A stretch of 64,000 bases of DNA from Candidatus Latescibacterota bacterium (lineage in GTDB: Bacteria > Latescibacterota > UBA2968 > UBA8231). Under the pieces are notes generated by a model that saw nothing but the letters and a program-made list of their open reading frames with translations, was not told where the DNA came from and did no database searches. The stretch lies in contig CBDAOB010000005.1 of assembly GCA_965197905.1 (NCBI GenBank), forward strand, positions 768,001 through 832,000, in the 5' to 3' direction. Position 1 is the first letter of the stretch. Each line of letters begins with the position of its first letter. A program made the translations under genes and the position numbers. Below are positions 37,457-47,316 of this stretch, piece after piece.

Positions 37457-37965
37457 TGCATACCTCCGCACGCAGCGCGCACCTCGTCTTCGGTGATTCT
37501 GCGGGCACCGCTCGAATCGCAGAGCTTCCGCCAGTCGACTCCGAGCTCCTCCGCCAGTCGGCGTGCCCGGGGACTGATTCTGTATCTTGATGTTTTAGGC
37601 CGCGCGGTAGCCGCTGGCTGCGGATGTTCCTGTTCCGTCGCAGGCTCGACCCCAGGGACTGAGATCGGTTTCGGGTCAGGCGCGGAACTCGTCGCCGGCA
37701 CCGCTGCGGGCGGCGACTCGCCTTCGGCCAGCAGATAGCCGAGAAGCGTACCGACGGCAACGGTCGCGCCCTCACCGGGAACACCGTCGGGGATGTGCAG
37801 AATGCCTTCGTCGAGCGATTCGACCTGACTGAGGGCCTTGTCGCTCTCGACCGTAAAGAGAATCTCTCCCAGTCCGACGCGGTCGCCGTGTTTGACGAGC
37901 CACTCCACGAGGGTGCCCTCTTCCATGGTCCAGCCGAGACGGGGCATCGCGATTTCCACAGCCAT
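37453..37965 (-). CDS. Lipoyl domain + peripheral-subunit-binding domain protein (E2-like, no acyltransferase core)
   Basis: MPRLGWTMEEG...ESDKA lipoyl-lysine motif, a Pro/Ala linker, then ISPRARRLAEELGVD. Ends at 170 aa. Confidence 0.85.
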   Translation of the reverse strand: MAVEIAMPRLGWTMEEGTLVEWLVKHGDRVGLGEILFTVESDKALSQVESLDEGILHIPDGVPGEGATVAVGTLLGYLLAEGESPPAAVPATSSAPDPKPISVPGVEPATEQEHPQPAATARPKTSRYRISPRARRLAEELGVDWRKLCDSSGARRITEDEVRAACGGMQ

Positions 37966-37979
37966 GAAGATTGCCCGCG

Positions 37980-38960
37980 CTATTCCTCAGCGAGGTGGCG
38001 GACGGCCTGCGCGATCTGTTCGGCCGACGGTACCACAGCACTCTCGAGTGGTGGGCTGTAGGGTGTCGGGGTGTGTACGCCGTTCAGCCGGCGCACCGGC
38101 GCATCCAGAGCGTCGAACCCCGTCTCCATCACCCGGGCAGCGATCTCGGAACCGATGCCGCATGGACCGAAAGCCTCGTCGACGACGAGCAATCGACCCG
38201 TCTTGTGCAGCGATGTCAGTATGGTATCCATGTCCAGTGGCGCGAGACACCTGGGATCGACGACCTCGACAGAGATGCCCTCATCGGCTAGCTGGTCGCA
38301 TACGCCCAGCGTCTTCGGCACCATGGGACCAAGGGCGACAACGGTTAGGTCAGCGCCTTCGCGACTGATCGCAGCCTGACCCAGCGCGATCTCGTACGCC
38401 TCCTCCGGCACGTCGCCACGACTGTTCAGCAGCGACTTGTGCTCCAGGAAGAGGACCGGATCGTCGCAGCTCAGGGCGGTGGCCATGAGCCCCTTGGCAT
38501 CGTATGGGGTGGCCGGCAGCACGACGCGGAAGCCGGGGACGTTCACAAACAGCGGGTAATAGCTGCCCGAGTGGTGCGTAGCGGCACCGCCGCCGACCCC
38601 GATGCAGCCGCGCAGCACGACGGGCATCTTGAGTCTGCCGCTGGACATATACTGGATCTTGGCGATCTGGTTCACCAGTTCGCCGACGGAGTCCAGCACG
38701 AAGTCGATGAACATGAAGTCGACGACCGGTCGGGTGCCCGTCATGGCGGCACCGGTGCAGATGCCGACGAAGCCGCGCTCGCAGATCGGCGTGTCTCGCA
38801 GACGTCTGGCTCCGTGGCGCTCAAACAGGCCCGTCGTCGTTTTGAAGTTGCCGCCGCGCACGCCGATGCCCTCACCGAGCACGAAAATCGTCGGATCACG
38901 CTCCATCGCCGCGGTGAGCGCTTCGCGGGCCGCCTCGGTATAGGTGATTTCTCTGGTCAT
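37980..38960 (-). CDS. TPP-dependent 2-oxoacid/acetoin dehydrogenase E1 beta subunit
   Basis: ITYTEAAREAL, DTPICE, YMSSG, HHS, DPVLFLEHK and TPYSPPLE. ATG overlaps the E1alpha stop. Confidence 0.9.
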   Translation of the reverse strand: MTREITYTEAAREALTAAMERDPTIFVLGEGIGVRGGNFKTTTGLFERHGARRLRDTPICERGFVGICTGAAMTGTRPVVDFMFIDFVLDSVGELVNQIAKIQYMSSGRLKMPVVLRGCIGVGGGAATHHSGSYYPLFVNVPGFRVVLPATPYDAKGLMATALSCDDPVLFLEHKSLLNSRGDVPEEAYEIALGQAAISREGADLTVVALGPMVPKTLGVCDQLADEGISVEVVDPRCLAPLDMDTILTSLHKTGRLLVVDEAFGPCGIGSEIAARVMETGFDALDAPVRRLNGVHTPTPYSPPLESAVVPSAEQIAQAVRHLAEE

Positions 38961-39929
38961 TGGGAATCGTCGCTGTAGATGTGAGCGCTCACGGATTCCG
39001 GCGATGGCCATGGGCTGTCGGTGGCGAACTGCACGGCCTCGGCAATCTCCTCCGCCACCTCCCGATCGACGGCCTGAAGGGTGTCGGCGCCGACGCCTTC
39101 GTCTGCGAGTCTGCGCGCCAGGGCCTCAATGGGATCCCTGGCCTTCCAGGCGTCGATCTCTTCCTGGGTTCGGTAACCGCCATCGCCCATGCCCTCCGCG
39201 TGAGGGCGGGTGCGATAGGTGCGGCACTCGAGGAGGGTGGGCCCATCACCTCCGCGGGCGCGCGCCGCAGCTTCACCGGCCGCTTCGAATACCGCCAGAG
39301 CATCGTTGCCGTCCACTGCAACGGCCTCGATCCCGTAACCGCGCGCTCGAGCGGCGACGTCGGTGTTGCGGGCGGCGTAGTTGAAAGCCACTTCAGTGGC
39401 ATACATGTTGTTCTCGCACACAAACAGCACGGGCAATTCCCAGATGGCAGCCAGATTGAGTCCCTCGTGAAATGCGCCGTTGCCGACGCCGCCGTCACCG
39501 AAAAAAGCGACCCCGACGCGATCGCTTTCCAGCAGCTGAAACGAGTAGCCGGCGCCGGTGGCCTGCAGGATGCTGGGACCGACGATACCGCTCGTGCCCA
39601 TCATGCCGATCTCGGGCGCGAAGAGGTGCATGCTGCCGCCGCGGCCAGCGGAACAGCCGGTTGCCCGCCCGAAGAGCTCGGCAATGAGCTGTCGCGGAGG
39701 AAGGCCTTTGGCCAGAGCGTGACCGTGACCGCGATGCGTGCTGAACACGGCGTCGTCATCACGCAGATGGGCACAGACCCCGGCGGCGACGGCCTCCTGT
39801 CCGACGTAGGTGTGACAGGCGCCGGTGATCAAGCCCGCCTGATAGGACCGTGCCAGCTGCTCTTCACAGCGCCGGATCCGCACCATGGTGCGATACATGT
39901 CGAGGAGTGCATCTGTTGGATATGGTCAT
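38957..39929 (-). CDS. TPP-dependent dehydrogenase E1 alpha subunit (probable +1 frameshift just after the start codon)
   Basis: GQEA, STHRGHGH, GRGGSMH, TPP motif FFGDG...ENN and TYR. The ATG at 39929 is one base out of frame with YPTDALLDMYRTMVR. Confidence 0.88.
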
Positions 39930-39937
39930 GAGTGCAA

Positions 39938-40753
39938 TCAGCCTGTGATGCCCGGGCCACCGGGATAGGAAGCGCCGGCATTCATGGCGAGGTTGCCGCC
40001 GTCCACGGGCAGCAGTACACCCGTCACCCAGGCGGAGGCATCGGAGGCCAGGAAGATGGCCACACCCCTGACGTCGTCGGGTTGACCGAGCCTGCCGGTT
40101 TGGAATGCCCCGCAGCCACTGCTCTTCCATACGGGGTTCACGCTTCATGCGCTCCTGCACGTCGCGGCGTGCGCGTCAACGCCATCCTGCTCGCTCAGGT
40201 GGTGAACCCGCTTCTTCGACCATTCGGTGCTGAGCTCGCGCGTCATCTGGGCAACAGATCCCATCGCCATGCTGTAAGCCGTGTGACCGCGTCCGAGAGC
40301 GGTGAGACTGGCGAGCGAGCCGATGTTGATAATACTTCCGCGCCCGGCGGCAAGCATGCGTTTGCCGGCCTCCTGGCAGCAGAGGAAGCGTCCGATCGCC
40401 AGACCCTGAAACACCTGGAGCAACTCCTCGGTCGATATCTCCTCCGGCGGTTTGAGAATGGCCTCGCCGGCGACGTTGGCGCAGATGTCCAGGCGGCCGA
40501 ACTCGTTGTCGATGTGCTCGAACATCGGGCGGATCTGGTCCGGGTCCGAAACGTCGCAGCGCAGCGGCATTGCCCGGCGACCCAGCGCCTCGACCACGGC
40601 GGCGGTCTGTTGCGCCCCATCCTCGTTCAGGTCGGCGAGCACGAGATCGGCACCGACTTCGGCAAAGGCGAGAGACATGGCTCGACCGACGCCACGCGCC
40701 GCCCCCGAAACCAGAGCTACGCGGCCAGTTAGATCGAACAGCGCGTGTGACAT
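39938..40753 (-). pseudogene. Classical SDR oxidoreductase disrupted by an internal micro-inversion and a frameshift
   Basis: GRVALVSGAARGVG and YSMAM at the YxxxK position. The GVRVNAI motif is encoded on the opposite strand (40161-40215). The C-terminus GRLGQPDDV...LASDASAWVTG...VDGG is in another frame. Confidence 0.85.
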
Positions 40754-40763
40754 AAATACCTAA

Positions 40764-41579
40764 TCAAGGGGCCCCTGGAGACCCTACTCGAGAACTAGTA
40801 CGACGGATGTTCAACAACTGGTAAATACTGAAAAGACTGAGCGTGATGACAATCATTACCGTGCCTATGGCGTTGATATCCGGGGACATCTCGAAGCGTA
40901 TCTTGGCAAAGACGACCGTTGGCAGGGTTTGGTTCGAAACCGAGGTCCAGAACATGGAACCGACGACGTTATCAAAGCTGATGATGAAGGCGATGATGGC
41001 GGCGCCGATGATGGCGGGAATCATCAGGGGCAGGGTTACCTCCGTCAGCACTCGCAGCCGCGATGCGCCGAGGTTAAGGGCCGCCTCCTCCAGGGATCGG
41101 TCGAAGCCGTAGAGTCGAGCGCTTATTATGGAAACCACGTACGGCAGCAGCAACAGGGTATGGCCGATGGTCACGGTTACGTAGCCTCGCGGAATTCGCA
41201 GAAAGACAAAAAAGCTCAACAAAGCGACTCCGGTGATGATCTCCGGTACCAGCATCGGCGAGAACAGCGCCGCCTGCAAAATCGCCTTGCCGCGAAATTT
41301 GTGTCGTACCAGGCCAAAAGCCGCCGTGGTTCCGATTGCCACAGCCAGAACGGAACTACTCACCCCAACCAGGATGCTGAACCCAAGCGCACTCAAGGCC
41401 TCGGTATCACGGAGCAGTTGTAGATACCACCGTGCCGACAGATTATTCATGGTGATTACACTGATGCTTTCGCTGAAGCTGAGCAGGACCACCACCAGAA
41501 GCGGCGCCAACAGGAATATATAGACAAGGATTACGTAGACCCGCAAAGACAACCCGCCCCAGCCAAGACCCATCCGCAT
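40764..41579 (-). CDS. ABC transporter permease, PotC-like
   Basis: Hydrophobic protein with EAA loop LEEAALNLGAS, SFD and TLP motifs. Confidence 0.9.
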   Translation of the reverse strand: MRMGLGWGGLSLRVYVILVYIFLLAPLLVVVLLSFSESISVITMNNLSARWYLQLLRDTEALSALGFSILVGVSSSVLAVAIGTTAAFGLVRHKFRGKAILQAALFSPMLVPEIITGVALLSFFVFLRIPRGYVTVTIGHTLLLLPYVVSIISARLYGFDRSLEEAALNLGASRLRVLTEVTLPLMIPAIIGAAIIAFIISFDNVVGSMFWTSVSNQTLPTVVFAKIRFEMSPDINAIGTVMIVITLSLFSIYQLLNIRRTSSRVGSPGAP

Positions 41580-41581
41580 TT

Positions 41582-42472
41582 TTACCGCTCCTCACCCATG
41601 ATCTTGTCCAGCCCCATTAGCGAATTGAAAATCAGCAGGATACCGATCACCAGCACCAGGAGAACGATGGCGATGGCCGCACCAAGGGGCCAGTGGAAGG
41701 CCATCAAGAATTGGTCCTCGATCGCATTGGCAACCATATGATTTTTCGGCGCTCCCAACAAAACCGGGGTCACGAAAGCGCCGAAGGTCAGGATGAAGCA
41801 GATGATGCATCCTCCAGCCACGCCCGGCAGACTCAGGGGCAAGGTGACTTCTCTGAAAGCGCGAAAAGGCGTTGATCCCAAATTGCGCGCCGCTTCCAGC
41901 AACCGCCCGTCGATCTTCTCCAGGGTCACGAAGATCGGCAGGGCCATGAAGGGAATGAGCAGATGAACCATACCAACAATGACGGAAAATTCATTGTAGA
42001 CCAAACTCAGAGGTTCCTCTACCAGGCCCGACAAGAGCAGAAATTGATTGACCACTCCGGTGTCCGACAGGATTGCCACCCAGGCGAAGTTCTTTACCAG
42101 GATGCTGGCAAACCACGGAACGATCAGCAGGATCACCAGAAAGGCCCTCAACCCAGGGGCCGCAGTTACCAGGTAGGAACTAACTGGATAGGCAACCAGG
42201 AGCGTGATGAGGGTCACCTTGAACGCTACCAAGAGCGAGTGCCCAGTCATCTTGAGATATAGACTGGAGGTCAAAAAACGTTGGTAGTTCTCCAATGTGA
42301 AGGTGAAATCAACCCCGCCGCCGGCAGTGCGGATGCTAAAGCTATAGACCAGCACGAACAGCATCGGCACGAAAAAGAAGGCCAGCAACCAGAACAACAT
42401 GGGGGACAACGGCAGCCGTCCTCCCCGGGTAAGCGGCTGAAAAACACCGTGCCGCAGAAACCTTGTTACCAT
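41582..42472 (-). CDS. ABC transporter permease, PotB-like
   Basis: FTLENY, LLEAARNLG and FVTPVLLG; likely start MVTRFL. Confidence 0.9.
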   Translation of the reverse strand: MVTRFLRHGVFQPLTRGGRLPLSPMLFWLLAFFFVPMLFVLVYSFSIRTAGGGVDFTFTLENYQRFLTSSLYLKMTGHSLLVAFKVTLITLLVAYPVSSYLVTAAPGLRAFLVILLIVPWFASILVKNFAWVAILSDTGVVNQFLLLSGLVEEPLSLVYNEFSVIVGMVHLLIPFMALPIFVTLEKIDGRLLEAARNLGSTPFRAFREVTLPLSLPGVAGGCIICFILTFGAFVTPVLLGAPKNHMVANAIEDQFLMAFHWPLGAAIAIVLLVLVIGILLIFNSLMGLDKIMGEER

Positions 42473-42477
42473 CGCGG

Positions 42478-43590
42478 CTAGCGGTTTTTCTTGAACCACG
42501 CCATGCCGTCGTTGTCCCACCCGAAACAGATCGGTCCGGGTTGCAGATTTCCGGAGCGCTCCCCCTTGACGTCGGCAATGATCAGCTTGTCGCCTTCCAA
42601 GGGCTTGAGATAGTATCGGGATGAAGCGCCGAGGAAGTCGCGTTCGACGATCCTTCCCCTGAACCATTGAGCGGATCCGGAAGGCGATTGTTGCAGCGAC
42701 ACGTTCTCGGAACGGACGATGATCCAGACCGCATCACCGGTCTTCAATCCATCCTGCCGATCGGTTGAGTCCCGGCGCTTGAGACTAAGTTCCTTGCCCA
42801 GGTCCGGCAGGTAGGCCACGACAGCGTCGGCGCCTTCCAGCGCCTTCACAGTGCCCTGAAACCAGTTGGGCTCCCCGATAAAGTCCGCGACAAACTGGGA
42901 TTTTGGTGAGAAGTAGATCTCCTCGGGTGGGCCGATTTGCTCGACCTCCCCATCATTCATCACCACGACCTTGTCCGCCATCGACATCGCCTCTTCTTGA
43001 TCGTGGGTGACGTAGATGGTTGTAAGGCCTGTCTTGTGCTGCAGCTGCTTTAGCTCGTAGCGCATCGCCTTGCGCAGTTTCAGATCCAGCGCTCCCAAGG
43101 GTTCGTCCATCAGCAGCACAGCGGGTTCTACGACGATGGCGCGGGCCAGTGCAACTCGCTGCTGCTCTCCGCCGCTCAGCTGCCGTGGGTAGCGGTGATC
43201 GTAGCCTTCTAGTCCAACCAGTTTTAAAGCTTGTCGAGCCTTTTCATGAATCTGGGCTTTCGAGCCTGCCCGGCGCATGCGCAGACCAAAAAGGACATTC
43301 TCGAGCACCGTGCGATGGGGAAAGAGGGCGTAGCCCTGGAATACCATGACAGTATTGCGCCGGTTCGGCGGCAGCTCGGTGCAACGCTCGGCATTGATCA
43401 GTACGTCGCCGGCATCCGGTTTTTCAAAGCCGGCAATGATGCGCAGGGTGGTCGTCTTACCGCAGCCCGACGGACCGAGCAGGGCACAGAACTCGCCTTC
43501 ACGCACCTGGAACGACACGTCATCAACGGCCCGAACCTCGCCGTAGAGCTTGCTCACCCCCAACAGCTGGACCATGATTTTCGAGTCCAT
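42478..43590 (-). CDS. ABC transporter ATP-binding protein, PotA-like
   Basis: Walker A GPSGCGKT, signature LSGGEQQR, Walker B LLMDEP and YVTHDQEEA. Confidence 0.93.
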   Translation of the reverse strand: MDSKIMVQLLGVSKLYGEVRAVDDVSFQVREGEFCALLGPSGCGKTTTLRIIAGFEKPDAGDVLINAERCTELPPNRRNTVMVFQGYALFPHRTVLENVLFGLRMRRAGSKAQIHEKARQALKLVGLEGYDHRYPRQLSGGEQQRVALARAIVVEPAVLLMDEPLGALDLKLRKAMRYELKQLQHKTGLTTIYVTHDQEEAMSMADKVVVMNDGEVEQIGPPEEIYFSPKSQFVADFIGEPNWFQGTVKALEGADAVVAYLPDLGKELSLKRRDSTDRQDGLKTGDAVWIIVRSENVSLQQSPSGSAQWFRGRIVERDFLGASSRYYLKPLEGDKLIIADVKGERSGNLQPGPICFGWDNDGMAWFKKNR

Positions 43591-43615
43591 GTCGCTAGCG
43601 CTCGTAGTGATGGAC

Positions 43616-44755
43616 TCAGCCTCCCGCCATGGTCTGTCTAAGCTTTTCCGTCCAGGCACTCATGTGGGCGTCCCAGTAAGGGGGATCGGGGAGAATTACA
43701 CCCTTGAGCTCCCCGGTCGGGTCGTAGTCGGGCAGGTTCCGGATGATCTCGGTTGGTTGGGCATTCTTCGAGGTATGTGGATAGCCGATTGCTTCCGTCG
43801 AGGCGGTCGCGATGTCTGGTCTCAGCGTGAACTCGATGAATTTCTCGGCGGTGTACCGGTTTTTGGACCCTTTCCCGATGATCAGGAGATCCGCATCCAC
43901 GAGGTATCCTTCCTTTGGCTGGTAGTATTCGATAGGGTGGCCTTCGCGCTGCAGTGCAAGGGCCCTTCCACCGCCGAACGACGAGATATGGATCGTCTCG
44001 TTGCGAAACATCTCCTGGCCTTCCGCCATGCCGCTGAAGTAGCGTTTCACCAGCTTTCTCTGCTGCCGCAGTTTGGCCCAGATTTCATCGAGATCGGTAA
44101 AGTTGTTGGGGTCCTGTCCTACCAGAACTGCGGCGTTGACCATTTGCCAAATCGTTTGACTGAAGATCCCCAGCTTGCCTTCGTAGGCCGGACTCCACAG
44201 CTCCCCGACGCTATCCAGTTTTCCCTGAATCCGTTTCGAGTTATAGGCAATACCTCCGGGCACATACTCTGCCGGCACGCCATGAATCTCCTTGCCCGGA
44301 TCCCAGGGAACGGGATTCTTCAGCTTGTTGAACGGGTCGATAATCGAGCTGTAGCTCGGAATGTTATCCGGGCGCAAAGGCTCGACCAGACCTTGCGTAA
44401 TGGCGATGTAGGAATGGGCAAGATTCAGCCACAGCACATCGATGTCGCTGGGGGCGCCTCCCATGGTGGCTGCGCGCAGTTTCGCCAGCATTTCTGCATT
44501 GGCGCCGAGGACCCCCACGGTTACCTTCACCCCGTATTCCTTTTCAAAGGGTTCCACAATCGTCTGGCGTACCCCATCGCCGAAGCTGCCGCCCCAGGTC
44601 ATGATCTGCAGCTCCTTCGTCATCCTGTCCTGGCCGGCTGAGGCCTTGGGGATGAGGAAATTGGCGGCAGAGAATCCCGCGGCCAAGCTCGCGGAGGTTG
44701 TCAGGAAATCCCGGCGCGAGAGGCCAGGCTCAAGGAATTTGAAACGACTTGTCAT
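43616..44755 (-). CDS. Tat-exported ABC substrate-binding protein, PotD/PotF-like
   Basis: Twin-arginine signal SRRDFL; TWGG, FEKEYGVKV, PKEG and AEKFIEF. Confidence 0.88.
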   Translation of the reverse strand: MTSRFKFLEPGLSRRDFLTTSASLAAGFSAANFLIPKASAGQDRMTKELQIMTWGGSFGDGVRQTIVEPFEKEYGVKVTVGVLGANAEMLAKLRAATMGGAPSDIDVLWLNLAHSYIAITQGLVEPLRPDNIPSYSSIIDPFNKLKNPVPWDPGKEIHGVPAEYVPGGIAYNSKRIQGKLDSVGELWSPAYEGKLGIFSQTIWQMVNAAVLVGQDPNNFTDLDEIWAKLRQQRKLVKRYFSGMAEGQEMFRNETIHISSFGGGRALALQREGHPIEYYQPKEGYLVDADLLIIGKGSKNRYTAEKFIEFTLRPDIATASTEAIGYPHTSKNAQPTEIIRNLPDYDPTGELKGVILPDPPYWDAHMSAWTEKLRQTMAGG

Positions 44756-44922
44756 GTTGATTCCTCCCCGCGTCATCGAATTGGTACAATCTGTCCGCTA
44801 GCGGTGTCACCTAAGTATAAGTAGGACGTATTGATGTTGACCTCAATACCCCAGACGATTGATATAGGGCACAGCGGCATTACCCTGAACGGTTTCAAAA
44901 TCCCAGGAACCAAGGTGCCCTG

Positions 44923-45993
44923 ATGCATCAAGCGCAAGATCGCAGAAAACCGGCCATCGACACTCGTGGCGAGTTCCTCCTGCCACCCACCGAGCCCATG
45001 TGGGAAGCCATGCGAGCCGCCGAGATCGGATGGCCTTTGTTGGGTGAAGATCCTCATGTGAGTCGCCTGCAGGAGCTGGCTGCGGAGATGACGGGGAAGG
45101 AAGCCGCCCTGCTGTGTCCGACGACCAATGTCGCCAATCTTCTGGGCGTGATGGGCTACTGCCGGCGCGGCGACGTGGCCATCATGGAAGCCCGCTGCCA
45201 CCTCTGGTGGGTCGAAGAGCGCAACATCGCTGCCCACACCGGTGCCGTTCCCCGCCTTATCAGAGGAGACAAACTCGGAGAAATGGCGGTGTCGGATGTC
45301 GAAGCCGCCATCCTCGAAACGGGGTACGGTTTCCAGCCGCGGACCAGTCTGGTCTGTCTCGAGAACACGCACAACATCGCCGGAGGTGTAGCTTTGCCCC
45401 CTGAGTACATGGCCGGTGTTTCGCGAGTCGCCCGTGAGCATGGCGCCGCGGTGTTTGTCGATGGTGCCCGACTGTTCAACGCTGCCGTGGCCCGCGGCGT
45501 GTCCCTAAGCGAAATGGCGGCGTCCGCGGATGCATTGAGTTTGAGCCTCAACAAAGGAATAGGCGCGCCCTACGGCTCGATGCTCTGCGGATCGGCCGAA
45601 TTCATCGAAGGCGCCCGGAAAAACCACAGCGTGTTGGGCTCGCACTCGATCCACAAGGAGGGCATGTTCGCCGCGGCCGCCATCATCGCCCTCGAAACCA
45701 TGATTCCAAGGCTCGCCGAGGACCACGCGCGGGCGCGTCGACTGGCCGGGTTACTCGGTGAAATGGAGGGCATTCGCGTCGATATGGAGACGGTTCAGAC
45801 CAACATCGTTCGGGTTGAGATTGACTGTATGACTCCGGCCGAATTCACCGAGGGTGTGCTCGCGCGCGGCGCCGGTGTGCTCGAGCTCGACGCCGGTTCG
45901 GTAAAGTTCATAACGCACCACGGGATCTCCGACGCCGACATCGACGCCGTGGCCGAGATCGTCTTGGATGTTCTCAACCGTGCAGGACGGTAG
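44923..45993 (+). CDS. Low-specificity L-threonine aldolase family PLP enzyme
   Basis: GEDP, GKEAAL, LENTHN, DGARLFNA, PLP-lysine motif SLNKGIGAPYGS and VQTNIV. Confidence 0.88.
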   Translation: MHQAQDRRKPAIDTRGEFLLPPTEPMWEAMRAAEIGWPLLGEDPHVSRLQELAAEMTGKEAALLCPTTNVANLLGVMGYCRRGDVAIMEARCHLWWVEERNIAAHTGAVPRLIRGDKLGEMAVSDVEAAILETGYGFQPRTSLVCLENTHNIAGGVALPPEYMAGVSRVAREHGAAVFVDGARLFNAAVARGVSLSEMAASADALSLSLNKGIGAPYGSMLCGSAEFIEGARKNHSVLGSHSIHKEGMFAAAAIIALETMIPRLAEDHARARRLAGLLGEMEGIRVDMETVQTNIVRVEIDCMTPAEFTEGVLARGAGVLELDAGSVKFITHHGISDADIDAVAEIVLDVLNRAGR

Positions 45994-46178
45994 TTCTCGC
46001 TCCTGGTTGTTCGATAACTCCCCGTTTCGCCGTTTGAATACCGAAACGATGATGTTGTTGGGGGTTCCAGAATGTTGTCCTGGTCGATGTGGTAAGAGTC
46101 GTCTGTGGCTTCTGGCTGGCGATTCTGTACCGGTTCATTACTCTCGACAGATTGGTACCTAACCAAAAGGACCGCAAA

Positions 46179-47294
46179 ATGCCAAGACCAAAATACGAAG
46201 CCCGCAAAAACTGGTGCAGGGGCTACTACCAACACCCCGGGCTGGAGGTCCAGGTAGGGGACACCCAGATCCTCATCCCCTCCCACCAGACGCCCGGCCC
46301 TCTTGGATACCTGTGCAAGCTGGCCAATGGAGAGCTGGTGACTGGTACCGGCTTGGGTTCTGAGCACCACGGTGAAGAATGGGCTGCCGCTGCCGCATCT
46401 CTACCGAGCTGGAGGCGATCGCCGGACGGCGGTAAGACCTGGGCCGACACGCCGGCTTGGCCCACCTACAACGCATGTCAGTTGCCCGATGGGGAGATTG
46501 TCCATTTGGGAGGCGGCCACCAACTCGAAGAGACCGGTGAACTAGGTGTGTACACGACCGGGCTCGATCGCTCGACAGACAACGGCTACACCCACCAGCG
46601 GGAGACAGCGACTCTGGTAGATGTGCCCGAGCTCGCCAAGGCCAAGGATGGATTCGGCAAGGACCATCTGGTGGGGGCCGTAGACCATGCCGTGGTCTGG
46701 CTCGACGATGGCAGCATGCTGGCTGCTCTATACGGCAAGTTTACCACCGACATAAAGTACCGCACGTTCGTCGTCCGTTCGGTCGATCGGGGTGCTACCT
46801 GGCAGTATCTCTCGACCGTGGCCTTTGATCTGACCGCGGGGAACGAGCACAGGTGGGAAAGCTTTTGCGAACCCGACCTGTTGCTGTTGCCCGGCGGCGA
46901 AATCCTCTGTTTCATGCGCACCGGCGGGACCTACAATTCCACGTTTTCGCCGATGTACATGAGCCGCTCGATCGACGGGGGCAAAAGCTGGAGTCAAGCC
47001 GACCCGATCGCCGACCGCGGGGTCTGGCCCAATGCCTGCCTGATGGCCAACGGCGTCATCGCAGTGACCTGTGGGCGGACCGGCGACTGGCTGGCGTTCA
47101 GCCTGGACAACGGGCACACGTGGATTGGACACTTCTGCTTCTACCGCGGGCCCCAGGCCTACGACGGCTGCAACTACGATTGGGTTGAGGAGGTGGCACC
47201 GGACACCCTGCTGGTTGCCTATGCGCGAACGGAGGTCAATGATTGCGGCCAGAGTGAGATCCTCGGCACTTTCATTGAGGTGAAGCGGACCTAA
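46179..47294 (+). CDS. BNR/Asp-box (sialidase-fold) beta-propeller protein
   Basis: Five Asp boxes: SPDGGKTW, STDNGYTH, SVDRGATW, SIDGGKSW and SLDNGHTW. Confidence 0.8.
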   Translation: MPRPKYEARKNWCRGYYQHPGLEVQVGDTQILIPSHQTPGPLGYLCKLANGELVTGTGLGSEHHGEEWAAAAASLPSWRRSPDGGKTWADTPAWPTYNACQLPDGEIVHLGGGHQLEETGELGVYTTGLDRSTDNGYTHQRETATLVDVPELAKAKDGFGKDHLVGAVDHAVVWLDDGSMLAALYGKFTTDIKYRTFVVRSVDRGATWQYLSTVAFDLTAGNEHRWESFCEPDLLLLPGGEILCFMRTGGTYNSTFSPMYMSRSIDGGKSWSQADPIADRGVWPNACLMANGVIAVTCGRTGDWLAFSLDNGHTWIGHFCFYRGPQAYDGCNYDWVEEVAPDTLLVAYARTEVNDCGQSEILGTFIEVKRT

Positions 47295-47316
47295 TGGCGT
47301 CCGACGGGCGGTAGCA

